From Candidatus Micrarchaeia archaeon (GTDB taxonomy: Archaea > Micrarchaeota > Micrarchaeia > Anstonellales > Bilamarchaeaceae), in contig JAWOLP010000002.1 of assembly GCA_033853355.1 (NCBI GenBank), forward strand, positions 1-50,508: a stretch of 50,508 nucleotides of DNA, given 5' to 3'. The position numbers were made by a program, and so were the translations under genes. This document shows positions 1 through 8,895 of the stretch, piece by piece. Numbering within the stretch: position 1 is the stretch's first letter; each line of letters begins with the position of its first letter. The notes beneath the pieces are model-generated. The model had not been told where the DNA came from. It did not search any database and worked only from the letters and a program-made list of their open reading frames with translations.

Positions 1-162
1 TTATCACTTATCTATTCAATAATTTCTGATTTAACAAAGAAACAACGGGTGAAGAAGCTTGAACAAGCATTAATCGACAAAGGGATTGACAACGAAATAA
101 GTTTGGCTATTGAACAAATAAAAGCCATTGTCGGTAAGGGCTCGCTATCGCCCGGCACCTAG
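1..162 (+). CDS. 3' end of an AT-rich ORF truncated by the window edge (…LTKKQRVKKLEQALIDKGIDNEISLAIEQIKAIVGKGSLSPGT*)
   Basis: Frame 1 is open from base 1 to TAG 160-162; composition is much more AT-rich than the rest of the window. Confidence 0.55.
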   Translation, partial: LSLIYSIISDLTKKQRVKKLEQALIDKGIDNEISLAIEQIKAIVGKGSLSPGT

Positions 163-214
163 TTGTTAAAGACAGTAGCGCGGACCGATTTTTCATTGCC
201 GAACGCACCCTTCC

Positions 215-880
215 TCAGCACGCATCCTTCTTGAATCTCTCGGCGATCATCTGCTCTATCCATTCCTCGGTGTCCTTCCTGCGGTCCGTGCTCCCGTCCT
301 GCGTCCGGATCGTCCCTGCGACGCTTTCCGCTTCGCGCGAGATCCTCAGGGCCTCCTGCACCTCGCCTTCCCACAGCTCGGAGAGGAACTCCCTCTTCAG
401 CCGATTGAGCCGCACGAGCGCCTCCAGGTTGCGGTCGCCGTACATCGCGTTGAAGCCGCTCATCGCCTTCGTCATCCTTTCCGCGGCCACTTTGGCCTCG
501 CCCGCCTTCCTCGCGACCATGTAGATGCGGAACTCTATGGCCGGGTCGTACCTTCCGGCCGAGCCGATCTCCATGGCATAGCAGACGATGGCCTGCCGGA
601 GGAACCCTTTCCATCTCTTCGAATGCTCGAGCCGAAGCTCGAAATCCATGGCCCTCTCCACCATCCTCGCGCCCAGTTCATGGGTGCGGCCCGCCATCTG
701 CCAGTGGCCCCTCCCTTCCCATTCCTTGGCTTTCCTCTCTAAGCCGGAGGCCTCCTCGAGCAGGCAGCCTATCACGGCCCGCCTCTTCATCCAGCGGTCC
801 AGGGCCGGTATGCGGGAGGCGAAAGCGGATGCGAGCCGGGAAGCCGGGCCCACTTCATTCTGGGAGGTGATCGTTTTCAT
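215..880 (-). CDS. Hypothetical helical protein (221 aa)
   Basis: Genome-typical ORF with an AT-rich TATA-like element at ~903-911; no recognisable motif. Confidence 0.7.
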   Translation of the reverse strand: MKTITSQNEVGPASRLASAFASRIPALDRWMKRRAVIGCLLEEASGLERKAKEWEGRGHWQMAGRTHELGARMVERAMDFELRLEHSKRWKGFLRQAIVCYAMEIGSAGRYDPAIEFRIYMVARKAGEAKVAAERMTKAMSGFNAMYGDRNLEALVRLNRLKREFLSELWEGEVQEALRISREAESVAGTIRTQDGSTDRRKDTEEWIEQMIAERFKKDAC

Positions 881-934
881 GTGTTAGCCAGTGTATGAAT
901 AAGTTTAAATAAGAATTGGCGCCGCTCCTGCGGC

Positions 935-1492
935 TCAGCGCCATTTTATCGAGCAGCCCATGGAGGGCAGCGGAGCCACCGTGACGTCGGCCCCCGCGAG
1001 CAGCTGCTTTATGGCCTCCTCCATCTCGGCCGTCTTCCCCTCGGAATGCGGCTTGGCGTGGGCGTCGTCGAACCTTCCGTGGTAGGCGAGCCTCTGCGAG
1101 GGATCGAAGAGGAAAGGATCCGGCGTGCACACGGCGCCGTAGGCCTTCGCGGTCTCCTGGCTCTCGTCGACGAGGTACGGGAACCCGAAGCCGAACCTCT
1201 CGGAATACTCCTTCATCTTCTGCGGGCTGTCTTCAGGGTAGCCGGAGTAGTCGTTCGAGTTTATGCCCACGACCTGGAGGCCGGCGCCTCCGTACCTCCT
1301 CTGCAGCTCGGCGAAATAGGGCATCTTGGGCTGCACGTAGGGGCAATGGTTGCACATGAAGATTATCAGCAGCGCCTTCTTCCCCTTGAAGTCGGCCAGC
1401 GAATAAGTCTTCCCGTCTATCCCCTTCAGCCTGAAGTCGGGCGCCGGACTTCCCTTATGGAGCACCTTGTAGCTCGATGGGGTCAAGACCAT
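935..1492 (-). CDS. Thioredoxin-like/AhpC-TSA redoxin family protein
   Basis: APDFRL, FMCNHCPYV, YGAVCTPD and GCSIKW motifs. Confidence 0.92.
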   Translation of the reverse strand: MVLTPSSYKVLHKGSPAPDFRLKGIDGKTYSLADFKGKKALLIIFMCNHCPYVQPKMPYFAELQRRYGGAGLQVVGINSNDYSGYPEDSPQKMKEYSERFGFGFPYLVDESQETAKAYGAVCTPDPFLFDPSQRLAYHGRFDDAHAKPHSEGKTAEMEEAIKQLLAGADVTVAPLPSMGCSIKWR

Positions 1493-1496
1493 GCTC

Positions 1497-1739
1497 TCAC
1501 CTCTTCCTCTTCACGCCCTCCGGCGTGACTGGGTCGTCCTTCCTTGCGGCCAACCTCGGCTTCTTCGTGGAGAGCTCCAGGAGATAGACCCTCATCGCCT
1601 CCCTGATCTCCCGCTCTATCTCCTTCTCGGACGAGACCTGGACGCTGCAGCCCGGAAGCTCGGGCACGCTGGCCGCGAAGCCTCCTTCCGGCAGGGGCTC
1701 CACTTTCACCCGGTAACCCTCTATCATGAGCTCTCTCAT
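1497..1739 (-). CDS. hicB: HicB-family antitoxin (80 aa)
   Basis: EGGFAASVPELPGC…EIREAMRVYL; 4-bp overlap with the upstream HicA-containing gene. Confidence 0.85.
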   Translation of the reverse strand: MRELMIEGYRVKVEPLPEGGFAASVPELPGCSVQVSSEKEIEREIREAMRVYLLELSTKKPRLAARKDDPVTPEGVKRKR

Positions 1740-2707
1740 AATCCCATCTCCTCCCTTTTCTTCTGGAACGCCTCGAGCGGGATGCCGCTCTCGCGGAGCT
1801 TCATCCGTATCAGCCCTGCCCCGAATTGTTTGCTCGGGCCGTGCGCGCTCTGCACGACCGAGACCCTGCCGTCCTTGTGCGACAGCACCCTGTGCGAGCC
1901 GCCGCCCTTCTGCTCGAAGCCCAGGCCCCGGAGCACCTTTATGAAATCGTCCGGGTGGATGGGGCTGATCCTGAATTTCTGCCTCCTCTCCTCTTCGGCC
2001 GGGGCTGGCTCGGCGCGCTCCTCGACGGGCTTGAGGTCCATTATCCTGGCGACCTCGTGGTAGCTCTCCGCAAGGATCTCAGGATAGCTCATGTATATCG
2101 GCTCTGCCATCCCCAGCTCGGCGTAGCGGTTGTCTATCATCGTCTTCTTCGCTTCCATGGCCTCTATCTCCATGGTGAAGCCGCGGTCGTCGGCGATGAG
2201 CAGGAGCTCGGGCTTCCTCCCGAACAGCCCCTTCACGGCGATCTCCGGAAGCGAGCTGCTCAGTATGGTCTCCACGCGCTCCTCCAGCTTCCTCTCGCCC
2301 AGGAAGTCAAGCACGTGAGCCATCGCTTTCTCGTCCGTTATCCCGATCGAGGCGAAAAGGTCCAGCGCCTTCTTGCTGATGGGCATCTCGGACGCCTCCT
2401 TCCAGGGCGGCGGCTGCCTGCCGCCCTCCCTCCGCTTGCGCTCCATCTCCCTCTCGTGCGCCTCGTAATGCAATGACGAGAGTCGGAGGATGAGGTCCTC
2501 CGCCTTCCTCAATGCCTCCTTCCTCCCCTTCTCCCTCGCTTTCTCCTCGTTGTAGAGGCGGAGCAGGAAATGGAGGCTCGTCCTTGAACTGATCGCGCCT
2601 TCGTGGCCCAGCTCGAGGGCCACTTCCTTGACCTGGTCCTGCAGGCCCGGCTCGATCGTGCCGAACCTCATCCTTCTCAGGGCGGGACCGCAATCGCCTG
2701 GATCCAT
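1736..2707 (-). CDS. Unknown ~240-aa N-terminal region fused to a C-terminal HicA mRNA-interferase domain
   Basis: C-terminus FIKVLRGLGFEQKGGGSHRVLSHKDGRVSVV…GLIRMKLRESGI has the HicA pattern with GSH. Confidence 0.8.
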   Translation of the reverse strand: MDPGDCGPALRRMRFGTIEPGLQDQVKEVALELGHEGAISSRTSLHFLLRLYNEEKAREKGRKEALRKAEDLILRLSSLHYEAHEREMERKRREGGRQPPPWKEASEMPISKKALDLFASIGITDEKAMAHVLDFLGERKLEERVETILSSSLPEIAVKGLFGRKPELLLIADDRGFTMEIEAMEAKKTMIDNRYAELGMAEPIYMSYPEILAESYHEVARIMDLKPVEERAEPAPAEEERRQKFRISPIHPDDFIKVLRGLGFEQKGGGSHRVLSHKDGRVSVVQSAHGPSKQFGAGLIRMKLRESGIPLEAFQKKREEMGL

Positions 2708-2789
2708 GCAAAGGAAGATGCGGCGAGGCGGATTTAACTGTATCTGCCATCCGGTCCCTATTTATAATGCCGCGTCCCCCATTGTACTG

Positions 2790-3236
2790 ATGGCCACCGC
2801 CCCCTCGCAGAAAAAGGTCGCCCGCGCCGAAGCGCTCGACTCCCTCTCGGCGCTGTCGCAGCTCGCCCCGGGCATCGCGGACCAGCTGGCCATGCCGGAA
2901 TCCCTCTTCGAGCTGGGCCCGTGCTCGTTCTCCTCCGATCCGGCCCTCCCCGCCTCGGTCGTCAGCGGCTGCTTCCGCGCGCGCCTGGGGCTTCCGCAGA
3001 GGCTGCCGGACTACGCGATAGACGTCTCGCAGTTCGGGAGCTCTCTCTTCTGCACATTCATCGACAAGAGCAGGAAGGTGATCGCGGGCGTGCGCATCGG
3101 GAGGACCGGCGAGGTGGACTGGGACGCCCTCACGCTCGCGATACGGGAGGCCCTGAGGCTCTCGGCACGCCTGCGCGCATCGAAAAGGAGATTCAGCTAC
3201 GTGATGGCCGGAGACGATGGCGCGGAGCCGGTCTGA
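2790..3236 (+). CDS. Hypothetical protein (148 aa)
   Basis: ATG 2790 lies ~25 bp after TTTATAAT at 2761; sits between the two paralogues. Confidence 0.65.
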   Translation: MATAPSQKKVARAEALDSLSALSQLAPGIADQLAMPESLFELGPCSFSSDPALPASVVSGCFRARLGLPQRLPDYAIDVSQFGSSLFCTFIDKSRKVIAGVRIGRTGEVDWDALTLAIREALRLSARLRASKRRFSYVMAGDDGAEPV

Positions 3237-3237
3237 T

Positions 3238-5865
3238 TCAGACTGCCCCGGCTTCGGCTTCCGTCTCGTGCTCCGCCGCATGGGCCCGCGGAGCCGAAGG
3301 CCGCGAGCCGAAAATTATCTCCTCGGCCTTCATCGCCGCCAGGCGCGCCCTCTGGCCGCCCGAGGCTGAAGCGACCTCAGGGTCGGATGCCACGCGGGCC
3401 GCTATCGAGCCGCCGTTGCGCCTCCCCAGGCGCAGCAGCCTCGCGGCCTTGGCTATCCTTCCCTCGTCGCTCTGGTCTGGCGATTCGGCGGTCTCGATCA
3501 TGGCGACGGCGATCTCGGCCACCTTGGCGGGCAGCCTCTCGAGGTGGGCCATGCTCCCCGCCATGAAGCCGGCCCTGTATTCCGCGCCGGCCTCCGGGCT
3601 CGACACGGCGTCCATCGTGATCGCGCACTGGGATGCCGAGAGCATGACCCTCCCGTCCTCCCTCTCGATGCGGGCCCGCCCCCCCTGCGAAGGTATCGTC
3701 TGGCCGACGTGCTCGGAAGCGTCGAACCCTATGCCGATCATCCTGCCGTCGTTCTCCCTCAGGATGCGCCTCCGGACGGAGCGGACATCGGCGCCCTCAG
3801 GGGGAAGCGGCGTCTGGGCGGCCGAAGCGATCTCGGCCAGTATCAGGGCGGCGCTGGGCACGCTCCTGGGGCTGATCATCCCCGCCGCCGCGGCCCTGCT
3901 CATCCCCTCGTGCAGGTGGACCGCGAAGTCCGCGGCAGCGTTGTGGAAGTCGCGGTTGAAGTCCGAGAAATCCGGCCTCCCCCCTGTGGACTCGATGAAA
4001 TTGCCTATGCCGTCCATGTCCGTCGGCTGGAACGTGATCTGTTTCCCCTCCTGCCCCTCCACGAGGAGGACGTAAGTGTTGGGCGGCCTCCGGTCTGGCA
4101 GGAGCGTCCTCCTGGACATCTCGAAATAGGCGAGGAGCGACCGCACGACCGCCTTCCTCCCTTCCTGGGTGGAGAGCGCGCTGTAGAACTCGCGGTGGAG
4201 CGGGTCGGAAGGGTCCGGCCTCAGCGTCAGGTCCTCCTTGAACATCGCGGCCCCCCTGGGGACGGCGTCCTCGAGCGCCAGCCTGAGCGGGGTGCGGATG
4301 CGGACGCGCTGCCTCCTGCCGACCTCTCTTGCGTCCTCGGTCAGCGCGAACGACCTGCCGTCGGAGAGGGTGAACCTGCCCCTCAGGTCTTCGCAGATTA
4401 TGCCGTGCGATACCATGCCGGTCGCCTCAGAAAGCTCCTTCCCGATCCGCGCCGGTTCCATGTCCTGGAGGCTCAGGTAAAGCCTTTTCTCGAGCGAGCC
4501 CTTCTCGCCCAGCAGCTGCAGCTCGAAGGCGCCGCTGGCGCCAACGAGATAGCCGAACCGGCCGATCTTGAGGCCGTCCAAGTCGAAGTTCCGCCTGACG
4601 ATCCCTTCCAGGTCCCTCGACACCACAAGCTCGAAAAGATAATGTAGGCTCGAATCGAACCTCTGCTGTTCCCTCGAAGGCGTCCTGCTGCCGCTCTCCT
4701 CGCTGATGCTTTCGCGCATGCTCGTGAGCTTCGATACGTCGATCCCCAGCTCGTGGAGGGCGGCGAGCATCCCCTCTCCCCCTCCGCCCTTCTTCCTATA
4801 CGCGGCGGCAGCCCTCCTGGCCGCGCCGGTGCCCAGAGCCTCCAGCTGGCCGATCGCATCATCCGCCTTCTCCGCGCCCCGCGGGGCGGCGCCGGCCTTC
4901 CTTGACATCGCCGATGGCACGTCCGGGACGGTGCTCTCTCCGGCGCCCCTGCCGGATTCGCGGTCCGCTAGGGCCCTCGCCCTCCTCAGCAGCCTCCTGA
5001 GGGCCGATTGCGCGAATTCCCCGCTTCCAGGGTCTGATATGACAGTGCCGGTCCCGTCGGAGCCTTCAAGGACGAGGGACCCGGACCTCTCGGCCAGCGA
5101 GAATCCGAGCTCGCCTATGGCCGCGCGAAGGGAGCCAGGCTCGGCCGCTTCGCCCTTCTCTCCGGCAAGGCCCAGGCCCTTGCAGAGCTCGCCGTAGCCG
5201 ACGAGGAGGGCTCCGGGCGAGCGGCCATAATCGGCCCACACCGGCGTCTGCGCCCCGGTCTCCTCCCTCCAGGCGTCGATCAGGCCTTTCTTGTGCCCCA
5301 TCGCCTTTATCTCGCGGTCGTATTCGGCGTCCTTGGGTATCCTGAGCGTCTCAGGATTCTCCGCGAAGACCGCCTTGACCAGCTCCTCCCCTATCGGCGA
5401 AGCCCTGGCGGCGTTCACGCGCTCCTCGGCCTTGGCCTCGCCCAGGAACCCGATGGTCTCGGATATCTCCTTATCATCGGTTATCCCGATGGACCCGAAG
5501 AGCTGCCGCATCCTCGTGCTGATGCGCATGTCCTCCTCGATCCCCGCCCGGTTGAAATTAGGTTTCTTCTCCTCGCGGCGGCTCCTCTCCTCCCTCTTCT
5601 CCGCCTCGTGGTGGAGCGAGAGGCCGGCGAGCCGGAGGATGAGGTTCTCGGCCTTCTTGAGCCTCTTCAGGTTTTTCCTCTGCTTGACCTTCTCGGCCTG
5701 GTAAATCTTGAAAAGGAAGTGCAGGTCGCTTGACGCTGTGATGGTGACCTCGTAGCCGTGCTCCTCCGCCAGCTCCATCACGCTCGTGAGCAGCTCCGGG
5801 TCGAGCTGGCCGACCTTTATCCTCTTGAGCATCGGTCCGGCCGTCTCGATATCCAACGAAGCCAT
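3238..5865 (-). CDS. 875-aa paralogue of 1736..2707 with a degenerate HicA-like segment and a putative atypical (HipA/PI3-PI4K-like) kinase domain
   Basis: N-terminal blocks align by eye (LHFL, AE.LILRL, F.SIGITD, FLGE.K.EERV); PDRRPPN…FQPTDMD resembles DRxxxN…PxD kinase loops. Confidence 0.7.
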   Translation of the reverse strand: MASLDIETAGPMLKRIKVGQLDPELLTSVMELAEEHGYEVTITASSDLHFLFKIYQAEKVKQRKNLKRLKKAENLILRLAGLSLHHEAEKREERSRREEKKPNFNRAGIEEDMRISTRMRQLFGSIGITDDKEISETIGFLGEAKAEERVNAARASPIGEELVKAVFAENPETLRIPKDAEYDREIKAMGHKKGLIDAWREETGAQTPVWADYGRSPGALLVGYGELCKGLGLAGEKGEAAEPGSLRAAIGELGFSLAERSGSLVLEGSDGTGTVISDPGSGEFAQSALRRLLRRARALADRESGRGAGESTVPDVPSAMSRKAGAAPRGAEKADDAIGQLEALGTGAARRAAAAYRKKGGGGEGMLAALHELGIDVSKLTSMRESISEESGSRTPSREQQRFDSSLHYLFELVVSRDLEGIVRRNFDLDGLKIGRFGYLVGASGAFELQLLGEKGSLEKRLYLSLQDMEPARIGKELSEATGMVSHGIICEDLRGRFTLSDGRSFALTEDAREVGRRQRVRIRTPLRLALEDAVPRGAAMFKEDLTLRPDPSDPLHREFYSALSTQEGRKAVVRSLLAYFEMSRRTLLPDRRPPNTYVLLVEGQEGKQITFQPTDMDGIGNFIESTGGRPDFSDFNRDFHNAAADFAVHLHEGMSRAAAAGMISPRSVPSAALILAEIASAAQTPLPPEGADVRSVRRRILRENDGRMIGIGFDASEHVGQTIPSQGGRARIEREDGRVMLSASQCAITMDAVSSPEAGAEYRAGFMAGSMAHLERLPAKVAEIAVAMIETAESPDQSDEGRIAKAARLLRLGRRNGGSIAARVASDPEVASASGGQRARLAAMKAEEIIFGSRPSAPRAHAAEHETEAEAGAV

Positions 5866-5999
5866 GTTCCTATATTATTAGTCACCATTTAAATTGCATG
5901 CGAATGGAACGGAAAACGGTTTTTTTGAGCGCATTTCCCCACAATCGGCCGTAAATGCACCCGGCGGTTAAAAAATACGACGGGGATTTTCAACAATAA

Positions 6000-6028
6000 G
6001 TTTTGATCAAACTTATTCTAAAAGTTTG
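6000..6028 (+). repeat. Palindromic REP-like module A copy (GTTTTGATCAAACTTATTCTAAAAGTTTG)
   Basis: GTTTTG head plus CAAACTT/AAGTTTG stem; same layout as the copies at 23502 and in both tRNA introns. Confidence 0.6.
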
Positions 6029-6114
6029 GACCAGTCCCCTCCGCCCCTCATCAGCTTGGGAATATGATCAATTCATCGGAGCTTCGGATCATCCGGTGTA
6101 TCTGCGCGATGGCG

Positions 6115-6522
6115 CTATTTAACCTTGCTCTTGAGCTTCGCGTGCTCTATCTTCATGCACCTGTCCATGACCACGGAAAGGCCCGCCTTCCGCGCCTTGG
6201 CCGCCGCAGCCTCGTTCACTATCCCCAGCTGCATCCACACCGCGCCGGCCCCTATCGCGATCGCCTCGTCGACGACCGGCGGGACGTCCTCGCTCCTGCG
6301 GAATATGTCGACCACGTCGATACGCTCTCCGGGCGGGATGTCCTTCAGCGACGCGTACGCCTTGAGCCCCTTCCATTCCCTTATCATCGGGTTCACGGGG
6401 ATTATCCGGTAGCCGTGCTCCGCCAGGTAGCTGGCGACGTCGTAGCTGGGGCGTTCGGGCTTGTCCGAGAGGCCCACCACCGCGATAGTCCGTGCCCTGC
6501 GGAGTATCTCTGCGATGTCCAT
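6115..6522 (-). CDS. CoA-binding protein (YccU-like)
   Basis: TIAVVGLSDKPERPSY, IIPVNP, DVVDIFR, VWMQLG, VVMDRC. Confidence 0.92.
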   Translation of the reverse strand: MDIAEILRRARTIAVVGLSDKPERPSYDVASYLAEHGYRIIPVNPMIREWKGLKAYASLKDIPPGERIDVVDIFRRSEDVPPVVDEAIAIGAGAVWMQLGIVNEAAAAKARKAGLSVVMDRCMKIEHAKLKSKVK

Positions 6523-6602
6523 GTCCGCCCTACGCATCGGCAAAAATTAAAAAGCTTCATGCCATTAGCTTGACGCCCCGAACGAGGGGCGAAGTGGTGG
6601 GT

Positions 6603-6881
6603 ATGGCCTTTGTCGTGAAGAGAAGAGGGAAGACAGAGCCTTTCGACGAGACGAAACTGTTCGGCTCGGTCCGCGCCGCCTGCATGGAATGCAAGATGGG
6701 CGAGAAGGAGTCGGAGGCGGTAGCCTGGAGGATCGTCGGAGAGATCAAGAAGTTCCTGAAGGGGAGGACCGAGGTGAATTCCACCGAGATCTTCGGCCTG
6801 GTCATCCAGAAGCTCGCGCGAGAGAACGAGCCGGCGGCGTTCATGTACCAGACCCACCGCGAGACGGTGATATGGAAATGA
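6603..6881 (+). CDS. Stand-alone ATP-cone domain protein
   Basis: VVKRRGKTEPFDETKL…EVNSTEI…V…L pattern. Confidence 0.85.
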   Translation: MAFVVKRRGKTEPFDETKLFGSVRAACMECKMGEKESEAVAWRIVGEIKKFLKGRTEVNSTEIFGLVIQKLARENEPAAFMYQTHRETVIWK

Positions 6882-7468
6882 GGACGGGGCAGATGATGAT
6901 CGCCGCGGTAGTCATCGTCGTGATCATCGCAGCCGCCTACTATATCCTCAACAGCCAGCCCGCCGCCCCCAAGCCGTATCACACGCACGCCGACTTCAAG
7001 GTGTACCTGAACGGCACCGCGGTCAACTTCTCGCAGGCGAAGTACATGTCCACGGACAACTACAGCCTGGACCCGAAGGTCCACATGCACGACATGGACG
7101 GCGACCTGATCCACTACCATGCGAAGAACGTCACCATGGCTTACTTCTTCCGCACGCTCAACATGACATACAACTCGACCTGCTTCGCGCCCGGCAATTC
7201 GAGCTCCTACTGCGACGACCAGGACGAGCGCCTGAGGATGTTCGTCCGGCACAGCGGAGGGAACTGGACCGAGGTGCAGGATGGGCCGGATTACGTGTTC
7301 ATCGACCTGGACCAGATCCTCATCACCTACGGCCCGGCAGGAGCCGACGTGAGCGCCGAGGAAGCGACGGTCACGGACAAGGCGTGCATCGAGTCCCAGA
7401 AATGCCCGGAGCGCGGCAACGCCACCGACCTCACCTGCGCCGGAGACGTCTGCCAGGCCCCCACTTGA
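6878..7468 (+). CDS. Membrane-anchored protein with His motifs (HTHADF…HMHD..G..H)
   Basis: N-terminal transmembrane helix; ATGA overlap with the ATP-cone gene; Cys-rich C-terminus. Confidence 0.75.
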   Translation: MRTGQMMIAAVVIVVIIAAAYYILNSQPAAPKPYHTHADFKVYLNGTAVNFSQAKYMSTDNYSLDPKVHMHDMDGDLIHYHAKNVTMAYFFRTLNMTYNSTCFAPGNSSSYCDDQDERLRMFVRHSGGNWTEVQDGPDYVFIDLDQILITYGPAGADVSAEEATVTDKACIESQKCPERGNATDLTCAGDVCQAPT

Positions 7469-7500
7469 AGCGGCCTCGGTGCCCGGCCGCTCCGCCCGCA

Positions 7501-7983
7501 TCACGAATAGACGATCCTTATCTGCTCCCCGTCCTCGAGCGGCAGGTCGCCATAGAGGCCGCTCCTCGTGCCATTGACATAGACGGCGAGGGTATGGTTG
7601 CCGTCCGAGCAGTAGTCGAAGATGCACCGGCTGTCGAACCTCTTCCCCCACACGTAGAAGAAGTCCTTCAGGTAGAACCGCATCGGCCAGGGCGATTCGA
7701 CATGTATCCTGCCGCTATCGTCATGGGTGTGGATCACCCGCAGCCCGTTCTCCGAGATCCCGATGCCGGCAGGTATCGTCTGGTTCACGCCTTCTATCTC
7801 GATCGATAGCTGGGGGTGGATGTGGAGCTTGAGGGGGACGCCCTCGCTTATGTTCACGTCGAGGACGCTCACGTTCGGCGGGAGCGGCGGAGGAGGGAGG
7901 AGATCGTAGGCCGCCGGGATCGCGAGGGCGATCAGGAGGAAGAGCGCGGCTGCGGCCGCTGCGTAGAACCAGAATCTGCCCAT
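7501..7983 (-). CDS. Membrane-anchored protein with His motifs (HIHPQL…HTHDDSGRIH)
   Basis: N-terminal transmembrane helix; same motif layout as 6878..7468. Confidence 0.78.
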   Translation of the reverse strand: MGRFWFYAAAAAALFLLIALAIPAAYDLLPPPPLPPNVSVLDVNISEGVPLKLHIHPQLSIEIEGVNQTIPAGIGISENGLRVIHTHDDSGRIHVESPWPMRFYLKDFFYVWGKRFDSRCIFDYCSDGNHTLAVYVNGTRSGLYGDLPLEDGEQIRIVYS

Positions 7984-8167
7984 GCCGCTTTTTCTGCGGC
8001 GATGGATTAAAAATGGGGGTGCGGAAACGCGCCGGGGCCCGCAAAGGATTTCCCTGCGGTCCGCGAGTCGTCTGATGGTGATGAGATGGATGAGAGCTTC
8101 GCTCTGGACGAGGATGATGCGCGCCTGCTCGAGCAGATAATGGAGCTCCGCAACCGCGCGGAGGCGG

Positions 8168-8749
8168 CTAGACGCCGGCCATGAACGAGCTGAGGCCGCT
8201 GAGGGCGAACTGCAGCCCCCATGCTATCGTGACCACGCCCATCATGGTCGAGAGTATCTGCACGCCGGCACGCCCGAGGCGCTTGTGGAGGGCCGTGGCG
8301 AAGACGAGCGTGAGGAGGGTCACGAACAGGGCGACCGCGCCGGCTATCAGCGTCAGCGGGATGCCGTTCTCCTTGGACAGGATGATGGCCGTCGTTATCG
8401 TCGCCGGCCCGCTGATGAGCGGGGTCCCGATGACGACCGCTATCTCGCTCACCTCCTCCTTCTCTTTAGGGAAGGAGATGCCGAGGCTCATCTGCACGCC
8501 CAGCAATATGAGGATGATCCCGCCCGCGGCCTTGAAGCTCTCCAGGCTCACTCCGAGCACCTGCATGACGCTCTCGCCGCCTATGGCGAACACGAAGAAG
8601 ACCAGGGCGGCCACGGCGACCCCCTTCACAGCGATGCGCGGCTTCTCCTTCTCGTCCATACCCTTGGTCAGCGAGAGGAACGCCGCCAGGCTGGTCAGCG
8701 GGTCGATTATCCCCAGAAGGAGTATGAATGACTCGAGGAGGCCGGCCAT
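8168..8749 (-). CDS. marC: MarC family membrane protein
   Basis: IIDPLTSL, FKAAGGIIL, PLISGPATIT; about six transmembrane helices. Confidence 0.9.
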   Translation of the reverse strand: MAGLLESFILLLGIIDPLTSLAAFLSLTKGMDEKEKPRIAVKGVAVAALVFFVFAIGGESVMQVLGVSLESFKAAGGIILILLGVQMSLGISFPKEKEEVSEIAVVIGTPLISGPATITTAIILSKENGIPLTLIAGAVALFVTLLTLVFATALHKRLGRAGVQILSTMMGVVTIAWGLQFALSGLSSFMAGV

Positions 8750-8895
8750 GCGGCAATATCGCGGCGGGTTTTTTTAATCTTGCGAGGTCATAGCGCGCCT
8801 CGCAAGCCCCGGTCCCGGTCCGCCAAAAGGGCATTCGAGGATTGGGACCGCTCGCGCTGCCGATCCGGGCGTCTCCGCTCGGGCCCCTGCGCTCA

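Noticed and set aside
8086-8184. 32-aa ORF MDESFALDEDDARLLEQIMELRNRAEAARRRP with a GGTGA SD
   Set aside because: Plausible but overlaps the marC end and has no motif; not enough support
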